Positions 7,972 to 16,620 of a DNA stretch of 27,862 nucleotides are shown one piece after another. Within the stretch, counting starts at the first letter, position 1; every line of letters begins with the position of its first letter. The translations under genes were made by a program, and so were the position numbers. Below the pieces are notes generated by a model. It searched no databases. It was given only the letters and a program-made list of their open reading frames with translations, and was not told where the DNA came from. This stretch comes from a virus (taxonomy: Duplodnaviria; Caudoviricetes), in IMG/VR virus record IMGVR_UViG_3300046007_007938, positions 1 to 27,862 of that record; one strand, given 5' to 3'.

Positions 7972-10290
7972 TTAAGCGAATGAATTCGGCGCACCATATT
8001 GTGATTGTACTGTGTTAAGACGTAATAAAGTATCAGTGTTAGCTTGAACATTTACAGATATTGGACGATTAGCTATAGCGTCTAAATCAGCTTTAGTTAT
8101 TCCACCACCACCTCCAATCATACTAGCGGCATTTGGTGCAGCTACTACTTGATCGGCGGGATCAGTAATAAATGATCCTTTAGGACCTGATATTAATAAA
8201 CCACCTGATGGGCTAATAGCAGCGTCTCCTACTTTTTTGGCTTCCATATCGCTTGTAATACTATCAAAAGTACCCATAATTGATGATACAGCGGCTATAA
8301 TAGCTATAGCACCTAAACCAAAAGTAACAGCTGAAGCTGCAGTGGCTGCACCTGCACCCATAATACCTGCTTCAACAGCGGCTATGCCTAATTGTACCAC
8401 AGCTTTAGTTAATCCTAATACTAATTTCCCTCCAACTAATATAACAATAGCACTAATTATCTTTTCAATAGCTGAAAATATACCTTTTAAATTCTCAGCA
8501 TTACTGATAAAATTAGCAAATTTTTCAATCATATGAAGCATAGGACCACCAGCTATTTCAGTGAATGTTTCTTTTAATTTTTCAACAGCAGCTTGGAATT
8601 TTTCTTGAGCACCAATTTGAGCAGCTTGAGCAGCTAACTCTTCACCATTAGAGGCTTGTTTAACACTAGCCATAAACTCATCTAGTTTACCTTGTTTGGC
8701 AGCTAATCTAGCTTGTTCTTCAAAAGCTGCTTTTGTAGCAAACGCTGTTCCTTTTAATAATTCTTGTTGTTTATAAGAATCAGCTAATTCATCAGCAGAC
8801 ATACCAATTGATTTAGCTATAGCATCTTGTTGAATAACATTTAGTTTTTGGAATTCATCTAGACCACCTAATTGACCTAATAATTCAGAGGCAGCTTCAG
8901 TTGTTTTACCTTGTAAAGCTAAAGATCTAGCTTTTTCATAATTAAGACTTTTACCAGTCAATAATTCAGCTTCTAACTCATTTGTAATTGATGATTCAAA
9001 ATCTAGAAGTGAACTAGATATTTTTTTAGATTGCTCTAGACTAATACCTAATTTTTGAGCTTGTATAACAGCAGCAGCTATACGTTTAGGATCATTACCT
9101 AAATTAGCTGATAAAGTACCACTAACTTTAGTAACTTCAGTCATTATCTTTTTGAAGTTAAGAGCAATACCTGTTTCTTGTCTAAATTTAACTACCTGAT
9201 CACCTATTTCATTTGTTACTTTTTCAGCTGATTTTCCTTGTAAACCAGCTAATTGCTCTAATTTAGTAGCTGTTTCTGCTTCTAATCCCATTTGTTTAGT
9301 TAAAACAACATGGTCTGCTAATTGTTTTTCAGTAAATAAACCTGCTGTACCTAAACCTTCATTTAAACTATTAGTGGCTTCAATTTGAGAATGTATTGTA
9401 AATAAAGCACCATTTAAGTTTTTATTATATTGACCAGCATTATAGCCAGCTATCATAAAGTTTTTCTGGAGTATATGGGCGCCATCTTTAGATATGCCTA
9501 AATTCTTAGCCATACTAGTCATGTGCTTATCTACTTCAAGAGCAGCTTTCACCATCATTCCAAAAATACCAACTATACTAGTTACAATAACTAAAGGATC
9601 AGAAAATGCTTTTGTTAAACTACCAGCAAATCCACCTATTGATGCTCCTAGTATTTTAAATTTATCAGCTATACTAGCTGTTTTATTTTCAGATACACCT
9701 AAAGCTTTAGCTTTAGCTTCAGCTGCTTTTCTAGCAGCTTCAAATGGTTTTTGTAAATTTTTAGCGCCTATTTTTTCTAGTAAAGTCTCAGATATTCTTA
9801 AAAAATCACCTGTGGCACCAGTAGCCTTATTTAAATTTTCAGTTTTCTTAATTCTAGCCTCAATTAAAGATACTGTTTCTTCTTCTAAAAGAAAATTTTG
9901 TTGAGCTGCTCTTAATAACGCTATTTCTTCATCAGTTAAATCTCTTCTAACTGAGAGATCCTCTCTAACTAGATCAACAATACCTTTTTGTGTGGCTAAT
10001 GTAGAAGCAGCTGTTTTTAAATTATCTAAATTAGTTCTAGCTTTAGATTTTAATTTATCTAAATTTTCTTTAGTTAATTTAGTTTCACTTTCTTCATTAC
10101 GTAAAATCTCATTAGAGATATCTCGCAATGATGAGTATTGTTTTTTAGCAGTTGTAAGTGATCTTTCTTGATTACCTAACTCATCACCAATCTCTCTAAG
10201 AAGATCACGTTGATCTCTAGCCGCGTCAGCTAATGATCTTTCAATAGCTAACAGTCGTTCCGCTCGTTGTACTTCTTCAGGTGTGGCCAT
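7972..10290 (-). CDS. Tail tape measure protein
   Basis: 772 aa, Ala/Leu/Lys/Glu-rich and helical, with hydrophobic Gly/Ala-rich segments (DPLVIVTSIVGIFG; IISAIVILVGG...LGAIAIIAAV); follows tube and chaperone genes. Confidence 0.85.
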   Translation of the reverse strand: MATPEEVQRAERLLAIERSLADAARDQRDLLREIGDELGNQERSLTTAKKQYSSLRDISNEILRNEESETKLTKENLDKLKSKARTNLDNLKTAASTLATQKGIVDLVREDLSVRRDLTDEEIALLRAAQQNFLLEEETVSLIEARIKKTENLNKATGATGDFLRISETLLEKIGAKNLQKPFEAARKAAEAKAKALGVSENKTASIADKFKILGASIGGFAGSLTKAFSDPLVIVTSIVGIFGMMVKAALEVDKHMTSMAKNLGISKDGAHILQKNFMIAGYNAGQYNKNLNGALFTIHSQIEATNSLNEGLGTAGLFTEKQLADHVVLTKQMGLEAETATKLEQLAGLQGKSAEKVTNEIGDQVVKFRQETGIALNFKKIMTEVTKVSGTLSANLGNDPKRIAAAVIQAQKLGISLEQSKKISSSLLDFESSITNELEAELLTGKSLNYEKARSLALQGKTTEAASELLGQLGGLDEFQKLNVIQQDAIAKSIGMSADELADSYKQQELLKGTAFATKAAFEEQARLAAKQGKLDEFMASVKQASNGEELAAQAAQIGAQEKFQAAVEKLKETFTEIAGGPMLHMIEKFANFISNAENLKGIFSAIEKIISAIVILVGGKLVLGLTKAVVQLGIAAVEAGIMGAGAATAASAVTFGLGAIAIIAAVSSIMGTFDSITSDMEAKKVGDAAISPSGGLLISGPKGSFITDPADQVVAAPNAASMIGGGGGITKADLDAIANRPISVNVQANTDTLLRLNTVQSQYGAPNSFA

Positions 10291-10310
10291 CTATTAAATT
10301 TAATATCGGG

Positions 10311-10320
10311 TATAAATATT
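10311..10320 (-). promoter_or_regulatory. ATATTTAT upstream motif (putative late promoter)
   Basis: Minus-strand AATATTTATA 20 nt before the tape measure ATG. Confidence 0.55.
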
Positions 10321-10346
10321 AAAGCGCCCTACTTCTTGGGCGCTTT
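10321..10346. terminator. GC-rich hairpin overlapping the stop of the 96-aa ORF; possible terminator or attenuator
   Basis: aaagcgccc-tacttctt-gggcgcttt, a perfect 9-bp stem. U-tract is weak on the minus strand and stronger on the plus strand. Confidence 0.55.
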
Positions 10347-10619
10347 TATTTTTGATGTAAAATCAGCTTGTGGAACATTTGGACGGGCTAGTGGCTTGCT
10401 TGATGAGGTTGATGATTTTTTTACTGCTTGTTCTTCAGCCTCAGCTTTTTTATCTAGATAATCCTGTATTTTTCGTATATGATAACGCCTATAAGATATA
10501 GGCATATTATAAACAGTATCATAAGGAAACCCACCACGTCCATGATAAACTAAATCATGAACCTCAGACATATACACTGTCTTATAGGCTGGAGTCAGGC
10601 CAAAGAAAGCTAATGCCAA
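10329..10619 (-). CDS. Tail assembly chaperone C-terminal extension (gpT-like), probably expressed by +1 frameshift from the upstream ORF
   Basis: Overlaps the upstream ORF by 38 nt in the +1 frame; annotated start is TTG; contains GGFPYDTVYNMPISYRRYHI; directly upstream of the tape measure gene. Confidence 0.6.
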   Translation of the reverse strand: MALAFFGLTPAYKTVYMSEVHDLVYHGRGGFPYDTVYNMPISYRRYHIRKIQDYLDKKAEAEEQAVKKSSTSSSKPLARPNVPQADFTSKIKAPKK

Positions 10620-11325
10620 TAGGCAAATTGACGCCCTCCACTACGTCACCATTATCTTTAGTATAATCAAACTTAAGACTAAGTTCTGGGGTTACTTTGA
10701 TAATATATTTACGTAGTTCTCTTAAGTCAGATATTAACATATTATCTACAAACTCACGAATATTTGTTGTATCTCTATCGCCATTAATAGCTATAATAGT
10801 ATGTTTTAATCGAGTTGTTTGATCAAATGAACCTTGTGGATTTATCTTTTTTAAACCTTGAATTTCTCTATCAATCTTTTTCTCATCACCATGTGTTAAT
10901 AACTTAAATGTTACAGTAACATTAGCTTTAGGTAAATGAAAATCAAATTCATTTCTACCTGGTTTTATATTTTCATTAAGTGGTAATGGATCAACTGATG
11001 ATAAATCAAAATTTATTTTTTGTCCATCATATTCAAATTCATAATCTTTACCATAACCTAAAATACGAGCGGCTACTAATAAAGCATTTTTATCACAGAT
11101 TAATAGATCATCATAATTGATAGAAGTAACAATCATTGATTGTAATAATTTGTCAATAACTGTTCCATTTTTTAAAAAGTTAACATTAGTTAAAATGTCT
11201 TCTTCTTTAGCTGACATATACTTCATTTCAAGTACACCTTTAGATAATAGTGATTCAGCTGGGTAAGGTAAACCCTTAGATGGTAATTCAATCTGCTCTG
11301 TTGGGAACTTTAATTTTTCTTCCAT
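10582..11325 (-). CDS. T4 gp26/gp51-like baseplate hub assembly / tail assembly chaperone
   Basis: IELPSKGLPY...MKYMSAKEEDIL, with a second internal copy LPKANVTVTFKLLTHGDEKKI, resembles the T4 baseplate (gp26) family; lies between tube and tape measure. Confidence 0.7.
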   Translation of the reverse strand: MEEKLKFPTEQIELPSKGLPYPAESLLSKGVLEMKYMSAKEEDILTNVNFLKNGTVIDKLLQSMIVTSINYDDLLICDKNALLVAARILGYGKDYEFEYDGQKINFDLSSVDPLPLNENIKPGRNEFDFHLPKANVTVTFKLLTHGDEKKIDREIQGLKKINPQGSFDQTTRLKHTIIAINGDRDTTNIREFVDNMLISDLRELRKYIIKVTPELSLKFDYTKDNGDVVEGVNLPIGISFLWPDSSL

Positions 11326-11347
11326 AACGTTTTATTAATTTTATATA

Positions 11348-11357
11348 TATAAATATA
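11348..11357 (-). promoter_or_regulatory. ATATTTAT upstream motif (putative late promoter)
   Basis: Minus-strand TATATTTATA just after the tube-gene terminator, 22 nt before the ATG at 11325. Confidence 0.55.
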
Positions 11358-11358
11358 C

Positions 11359-11391
11359 AAAAAATAAAGGAGCCGTCCAAAAGGACGGCTC
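11359..11391 (-). terminator. Intrinsic terminator after the tail tube gene
   Basis: Minus strand gagccgtcc-tttt-ggacggctc (9-bp perfect stem, 11370-11391) followed by ctttatttttt. Confidence 0.85.
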
Positions 11392-11414
11392 TTAATATTT
11401 GCACTGTGTTTAGA

Positions 11415-11900
11415 TTAGTAGTTCAATATGCAATAATCCATAGCGATTGTCATGCTGATGCTAACATAAGCTTCGTTAGCCCAATCATATTCACCAAAGT
11501 TAGCTTCTTTAACATAAGCTCCCATCACTAACCATTCACCAACAACATCACCTACTGGACCTAAAACTTCTAATGTAATATTTTTCTTATAGAAGTCTGA
11601 GTAACCATCACGGCCTGTTACTGATTCATGTGCTAAACGAGCCCATTCCATTACAGCTTGAGCACCACTTGGAGTTACTGGATCGTAAAGTTCCATTGAC
11701 ATATCATTCCACCTAACTTTACCTTTTACTTTACGGTAAACGTTGATATGGTCTAATATGATTTCACCAGCGTTAAATGATGGAGATGCAACTTTTCTAA
11801 CTAAGTAAGTTGGAATACCACCTATTCTCATTAAGAAACGATTTTGAACTTTAGGTTCAAACGCTGTAAACATTATTTCGGTAGGGTCTAATACTGCCAT
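11415..11900 (-). CDS. Tail tube protein (T4 gp19-like)
   Basis: 161 aa directly after the sheath; NRFLMRI...KGKVRWNDMSMELYD...YKKNITLEVLGPVGDVVGEWLVMGAY fits the gp19 family pattern. Confidence 0.9.
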   Translation of the reverse strand: MAVLDPTEIMFTAFEPKVQNRFLMRIGGIPTYLVRKVASPSFNAGEIILDHINVYRKVKGKVRWNDMSMELYDPVTPSGAQAVMEWARLAHESVTGRDGYSDFYKKNITLEVLGPVGDVVGEWLVMGAYVKEANFGEYDWANEAYVSISMTIAMDYCILNY

Positions 11901-11915
11901 TGTATTGTTATTTTA

Positions 11916-11925
11916 TATAAATATT
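11916..11925 (-). promoter_or_regulatory. ATATTTAT upstream motif (putative late promoter)
   Basis: Minus-strand AATATTTATA 15 nt before the tube ATG. Confidence 0.55.
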
Positions 11926-11937
11926 AATAGATTAAGT

Positions 11938-14073
11938 TTATGAACCGAATTCTACACCAGTTGGTAAGATGTTGAAATCTAAGAGGATAAATTCAGCTGT
12001 ACGAGTTGGTTGTAAGTAAATTTGTCCTACTAATTGATTACGATCAATTACATCTGGAGTATTATTTGTATCATCCATTACAACTCTGAAAGCGAATAAA
12101 CCTTGTCTTTGTTGTACTGATTCAAGATATGGAGTAACTGTGTTTATAAAAGCATTTCTTGTAGTAGCTGTATTTTGTTCAAATACTAAGTTTTCAGCTA
12201 CATCACCAATGTATCTCTTAAGCGCAATTAATAATCTACGAACATTGATACGATCTAAAGCACTAGCTTTTTTCTGTAATGTTTTCTGACCAAATGCAGC
12301 TACACCAATATTAGGGAAAGTAGAGATTGGATTAACTTTACCAGCATATAAATTATCACGATCTGTTGGAGATAATTTTCTTTCAGCTTGTAATACACTA
12401 CCTAATCCACCTCTTGTTAAACCAGCTGGAGCAAACCATTCAGCACTCACATTATCATTGAAAGCATATACACCTGGCATAATTGTTGAAGCTGGAACCC
12501 ATACGCGTTTACCAGTTTCTTGAGATATTACTTGAACCCAAGGCCAATAAGCACCTGCGTAGTTAGTATCTAAACCAGCTGCTTGATTAGTCACAGTTTT
12601 AAGTGTAACATTGTATGGTGATAAATCAGTAATATAGAAACAATCACCTCTGTTTTCAGCTAAACTGATAAAATTACCTACAGCTGAAGAGTGTAATGAT
12701 TGGATCAAACCTGGAGTTGCTAATAAGGCGAAATCAAATTCATCTTTATTATTTAATAAAGCAGAAGCTGTAACATAGCTACCTTGAAGTAAACCTTGAG
12801 TTGTTGAACCAATGTTTTGGAATAATGTATTTCCAATAGTAGCTAAATCATTTCCAAAAGCGCCACCAAAAGCACCACCTTGAGAACCACTACCATTTAC
12901 TGGAATTGATTGTGTATACTCATTTTTAGCGTTTCCAGCATTATCAAAATAATTTGGAGTTGTATAGTTAACTTGGCTTACACGAACATAGCGACTATTA
13001 TTAACATAATCACCTATAGTTTGAATATAGTATTGACCATCAGCATCTTTAATAGCTAATTTTCTTTGGTTACCTATAATAGCCTCTAAATAGTTAGGTT
13101 GATTTGGATCCAATGAAACATTAGAATATGTTTCTAAAACAGTCTTACTATTATCATTATCATCACCTTGACGAACTAATAATGTGAATGTACCGCTTGA
13201 AGTGTCAGCATTTTGGATTTCCCATCTCACATTCATATTAGAACCACTAGCTAATGAACCATCAGATAAAATAGAACCTGAGTTATTCATTATAAAACCA
13301 GTAGATAAAGTTTCTAATACAAAGGTTGATTGACCACTACCATCTGAACCACCAGTGAAAGTATCAGTAAGTGGGAAGAAAGCATTATCATAGAAATAAT
13401 ATTGACCAGCATATAATCTCCAACTATTAGCAAATGTTCCAGCTGAAGAAGCACTAACAACTAAAATGTTAGAACTATTATCATAACTAGAAGTTAATGA
13501 ACTTAAACCAACAGTATCGTTAATAGCTTTTGAAGCTGAATATCCAAATGTGTCAACATTGTAGTTACCATACATGTTAAAGTAAACGGTTTTATTTCCG
13601 TTACTATCAACTTGGTAGTTATCAAAAGTTGTACCAATAAGATTTACATTAGTAGTTCCTAAATCTACACGAGCGGTCACTAAGTTAAAAATAGTAGCTC
13701 CTGTTAAATCAACAGAAGCACCAGCTTTAGCAGCTGTAGATGATGGGATTGTATTTGGAATAGCACTAGATGTAGCTGAAGTATAAGTGTCACTAGTAAC
13801 TCTAGTGATTAGAGCTGTAGTACCACCTTGTCCGAAATAGTTTCTAGCAGTTATTGATGTTAGGAACTCATAATTAGCACCACCACTAGTGAACAAGCCA
13901 CCAAATTTGTTTTTGAAGTCACTATAAGAAGTAACTACAGTTGGTACGTTAACGGGGCCAGTAACAGTTGGACCTACTAAGGCTAAACCAACAGTAACTG
14001 GATTCTGTGTTATTTGAGATAAGTCATTCTCACGTGTTAGAACACCTGGAGAGATTAATGTTTCTTGCGCCAT
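11938..14073 (-). CDS. Contractile tail sheath protein (T4 gp18-like)
   Basis: N-terminal SPGVLTRENDLS; C-terminal WFAPAGLTRG, DRINVRRLLI, VFEQN and PTRTAEFILLDF are sheath hallmarks. Confidence 0.95.
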   Translation of the reverse strand: MAQETLISPGVLTRENDLSQITQNPVTVGLALVGPTVTGPVNVPTVVTSYSDFKNKFGGLFTSGGANYEFLTSITARNYFGQGGTTALITRVTSDTYTSATSSAIPNTIPSSTAAKAGASVDLTGATIFNLVTARVDLGTTNVNLIGTTFDNYQVDSNGNKTVYFNMYGNYNVDTFGYSASKAINDTVGLSSLTSSYDNSSNILVVSASSAGTFANSWRLYAGQYYFYDNAFFPLTDTFTGGSDGSGQSTFVLETLSTGFIMNNSGSILSDGSLASGSNMNVRWEIQNADTSSGTFTLLVRQGDDNDNSKTVLETYSNVSLDPNQPNYLEAIIGNQRKLAIKDADGQYYIQTIGDYVNNSRYVRVSQVNYTTPNYFDNAGNAKNEYTQSIPVNGSGSQGGAFGGAFGNDLATIGNTLFQNIGSTTQGLLQGSYVTASALLNNKDEFDFALLATPGLIQSLHSSAVGNFISLAENRGDCFYITDLSPYNVTLKTVTNQAAGLDTNYAGAYWPWVQVISQETGKRVWVPASTIMPGVYAFNDNVSAEWFAPAGLTRGGLGSVLQAERKLSPTDRDNLYAGKVNPISTFPNIGVAAFGQKTLQKKASALDRINVRRLLIALKRYIGDVAENLVFEQNTATTRNAFINTVTPYLESVQQRQGLFAFRVVMDDTNNTPDVIDRNQLVGQIYLQPTRTAEFILLDFNILPTGVEFGS

Positions 14074-14097
14074 GTTTTGAATAGATTTTGTCTAATG

Positions 14098-14106
14098 ATA
14101 AATATA
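14098..14106 (-). promoter_or_regulatory. ATATTTAT upstream motif (putative late promoter)
   Basis: Minus-strand TATATTTAT 24 nt before the sheath ATG, downstream of a terminator-like hairpin. Confidence 0.55.
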
Positions 14107-14119
14107 TAGAGTGTGTTAT

Positions 14120-14159
14120 AAAACGAAGAAGCCCCGACATCACTGTCGAGGCTTTCTTC
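14120..14159 (-). terminator. Intrinsic terminator-like hairpin upstream of the sheath gene
   Basis: Minus strand aagcctcgaca-gtga-tgtcggggctt (one U-G pair, GNRA-type loop) followed by cttcgtttt. Confidence 0.7.
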
Positions 14160-14190
14160 TATATTAACTCCTAACACCTAACAATACATA

Positions 14191-14421
14191 TTACGGTTTT
14201 ACTTCTCCTGTATCAAGATCAATAGATCCTTGACCATACTTTTCTTGCAACTGTTTAGCAATTTGTTTTTCCTTACTAATTAATTCTTTTTGCATTTCTA
14301 ATAAAGATGATTTTTGTAATTCTAAATCACCTACAGCTTGAGCTAAATTAGTATATTCTTGTCTAAGATCTTTAACAGTTTGTAATTCATCCGCTGTTAA
14401 TTTTTTAGCGACAATACCCAT
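14191..14421 (-). CDS. Small coiled-coil hypothetical protein
   Basis: 76 aa with heptad pattern, ending LQEKYGQGSIDLDTGEV. Confidence 0.7.
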   Translation of the reverse strand: MGIVAKKLTADELQTVKDLRQEYTNLAQAVGDLELQKSSLLEMQKELISKEKQIAKQLQEKYGQGSIDLDTGEVKP

Positions 14422-14423
14422 GA

Positions 14424-14885
14424 TTATTCTTCAATTTTAATTAACTTAAAAAATATGTTATAAACACCTTCAGTTTCAACACCTTCAAATTCTTCAAGGC
14501 TAAAAGAACGATATTCTAAATCACACTCTTCATTTAACAAAGCATTAAAATCATTTTGAAACTTAACAAAATCTGGATTCACTTCACGTGATTTGATTTC
14601 TTTAGTTTCTTCATCAATAACTTCGTTAATGTAAAGCGGAATACTAATAGCGCCATTGTCTTCTTTACCGTATTTCTTGATTAACTCTTCTTTAAGTTTT
14701 TCTACTGATTCTTTTTCAGCAGCTACTTTCTTATTAAGATCATGTAACCAATACTTTGTAGTTAATTTGATTTTTTCGCTCAATAAGCCTTTTGATAATA
14801 CTTCACCAGTTTGTTGGTTAGTAACACCATTTAATTCAGCTTCAAGTTGATAAAATTCCGATAACTTCAATGTAATTTTTTCCAT
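14424..14885 (-). CDS. Hypothetical acidic helical protein
   Basis: 153 aa, Glu/Lys-rich, packed within 2-3 nt of its neighbours. Confidence 0.7.
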   Translation of the reverse strand: MEKITLKLSEFYQLEAELNGVTNQQTGEVLSKGLLSEKIKLTTKYWLHDLNKKVAAEKESVEKLKEELIKKYGKEDNGAISIPLYINEVIDEETKEIKSREVNPDFVKFQNDFNALLNEECDLEYRSFSLEEFEGVETEGVYNIFFKLIKIEE

Positions 14886-14888
14886 ATA

Positions 14889-15137
14889 TTATTTTTGTGC
14901 TTTTTTTACAACTTTTTTAGCAGCTGGTTTCTTAGCGGCTGCTTTCTTTTTAGGTTCTGTTTTCTTTTTAGCGATAATTTCAGCTATTGGGGCTGGTGTA
15001 ACTTCAGGAGCTAAATCTTCTATAAATGGATGAACTTCTGTGTTGATTTCTTTTAGATCTTCATTTTGTTGTTTGTTTAAAAACCAAAATCCAACAATTA
15101 CACTTAATACAGCGGCGATAATTAAAAATGTTACCAT
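14889..15137 (-). CDS. Small membrane-anchored protein with a histone H1-like basic tail
   Basis: N-terminal hydrophobic helix FLIIAAVLSVIVGFWFL; C-terminal KKKTEPKKKAAAKKPAAKKVVKKAQK. Confidence 0.7.
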   Translation of the reverse strand: MVTFLIIAAVLSVIVGFWFLNKQQNEDLKEINTEVHPFIEDLAPEVTPAPIAEIIAKKKTEPKKKAAAKKPAAKKVVKKAQK

Positions 15138-15151
15138 AAATTTTTATTTGA

Positions 15152-15161
15152 TATAAATATA
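15152..15161 (-). promoter_or_regulatory. ATATTTAT upstream motif (putative promoter)
   Basis: Minus-strand TATATTTATA 14 nt before the ATG at 15137. Confidence 0.55.
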
Positions 15162-15187
15162 TATAAGATTTAGAAAATAACCAAATT

Positions 15188-15958
15188 TTATTTTATTTGT
15201 TTATTTCTTATAAAAGAAATGTCATATGTGGTTAAAGATATAGGCAATGTGTCATTATTAAATGGATGTTTATATGGGTCTGTTGAGCGCCATCCTTTAC
15301 CCCATTTTTCATTCATATACTCAAAATTAATCAAATTAATCTGATCTAACCTGCTAGTTAATTCAGGACTTGATTTTTTAGTTTGGCTACCGTGAGTATA
15401 ATATTCATTGTATAATCCTGGGCCATGATAATATGGTTTACTTAAGTTACATATTTTTTCTACTGGTTGGTTATACAATCGCATTATATAATCAGCATCT
15501 TCACAATAAGCAGGAGTTAGATTTTCATCAAATAATCCATGACTTTGTATCACTGAATCTTTAATTAAAAATAAATCCCATGCTCCTTGTCCAAAATCAC
15601 CCCCATATGGAAACACTAATCCAACATTCTGTTGTGCTGCTGTATACATTTCTTCAAGTAATCCTTCTGTAAATGCTACATCATCATTTACTATAATCCA
15701 ATAAGGTGAGTTAATGTAAGATTTAATAATTAAATTCCAAACACATGATACACCTAAATTAGATGGTAAATGACATATTGTAAGTTTATTTACAAACTTA
15801 TGCTCTATATTTTTTAATTCCTCTAGTTCTTGAGTAATTTCATCCTTACCATTATTATTAAAAATAACAAAGTTTTCTACTGGGTAGTCTATACTTTTAT
15901 ATAGACGTTCTACCCAATAAGGGTTTTTCATAACTGCTGTTCCTATAACTGGTATCAT
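15188..15958 (-). CDS. Glycosyltransferase, GT-A fold (GT2-like)
   Basis: NLGVSCVWN, WIIVNDDVAF (DxD-type motif) and GLFDENLTPAYCEDADYIMR (GT2 C-terminal motif). Confidence 0.8.
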   Translation of the reverse strand: MIPVIGTAVMKNPYWVERLYKSIDYPVENFVIFNNNGKDEITQELEELKNIEHKFVNKLTICHLPSNLGVSCVWNLIIKSYINSPYWIIVNDDVAFTEGLLEEMYTAAQQNVGLVFPYGGDFGQGAWDLFLIKDSVIQSHGLFDENLTPAYCEDADYIMRLYNQPVEKICNLSKPYYHGPGLYNEYYTHGSQTKKSSPELTSRLDQINLINFEYMNEKWGKGWRSTDPYKHPFNNDTLPISLTTYDISFIRNKQIK

Positions 15959-16620
15959 TTCTGTTCGTTAAAGAAAAATATGTGAAATAATCTACTACTT
16001 TCTATATCCCATCCAAAATAATTTAATCCAGAATGAATTAAACCACCATCAAATATAACTAATCTATTAAATACATTTCCTACAATATCCACTGTTTCAT
16101 ATGGTGTGCCATCTACAAATGTTTTTTGATTAAATACTTTCATTCCTTCTCCTGCATCCCAATTGATTTGACTATTGTGAAATATTTTAGTTTCTTTATG
16201 TCTAAGAAAACTAGTACCTGATTGAGGTGGAGCATCTGGTGTTAAGTAAATTACAGCAGCCCATTTTTGAGTATCACAATGAAATACTGATGGTGTTCCT
16301 GCTGGGCAATATTGGAAACGTCCGTTAATTCCTTCATCAAACCATCCATATCCATTATCACGATCTGCTATTTTTTTACCAATAATACTTTCAAATGCTT
16401 CTCTTACACCATCAAACATAAATTGTTTTCTAGTACGATGACCAACAGCTCCTTCTCCTGGGTAATATGTTTGTTGTAAAGCAAAGTTTCTAACAGCAAT
16501 TGGATCAGCATAGAAGTTATCTACAACAAAAAATCGTTTATCTTCTAAATTGGATACTCCACATTGATCTGTTTCAACTATTCCCCACTCTGATTCTGGA
16601 TTACGGTCTATGTATTTCAT
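15955..16620 (-). CDS. 2OG-Fe(II) oxygenase, DUF6445-like
   Basis: VVDNFYADP N-terminus; HCD...WAAVIYLTPDAPPQSGTSF...NRLVIFDGGLIHS...RL supplies the HxD...H triad and the 2OG-binding Arg. Confidence 0.75.
   Translation of the reverse strand: MKYIDRNPESEWGIVETDQCGVSNLEDKRFFVVDNFYADPIAVRNFALQQTYYPGEGAVGHRTRKQFMFDGVREAFESIIGKKIADRDNGYGWFDEGINGRFQYCPAGTPSVFHCDTQKWAAVIYLTPDAPPQSGTSFLRHKETKIFHNSQINWDAGEGMKVFNQKTFVDGTPYETVDIVGNVFNRLVIFDGGLIHSGLNYFGWDIESSRLFHIFFFNEQK

Noticed and set aside
1735-14073. Extracellular contractile injection system or tailocin instead of a phage
   Set aside because: A linked PolA-like gene, giant S74 fibres, a gp26-like chaperone and the absence of bacterial housekeeping genes or an Afp15-like ATPase fit a phage better. 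No capsid gene is in the window, so this is not fully excluded.
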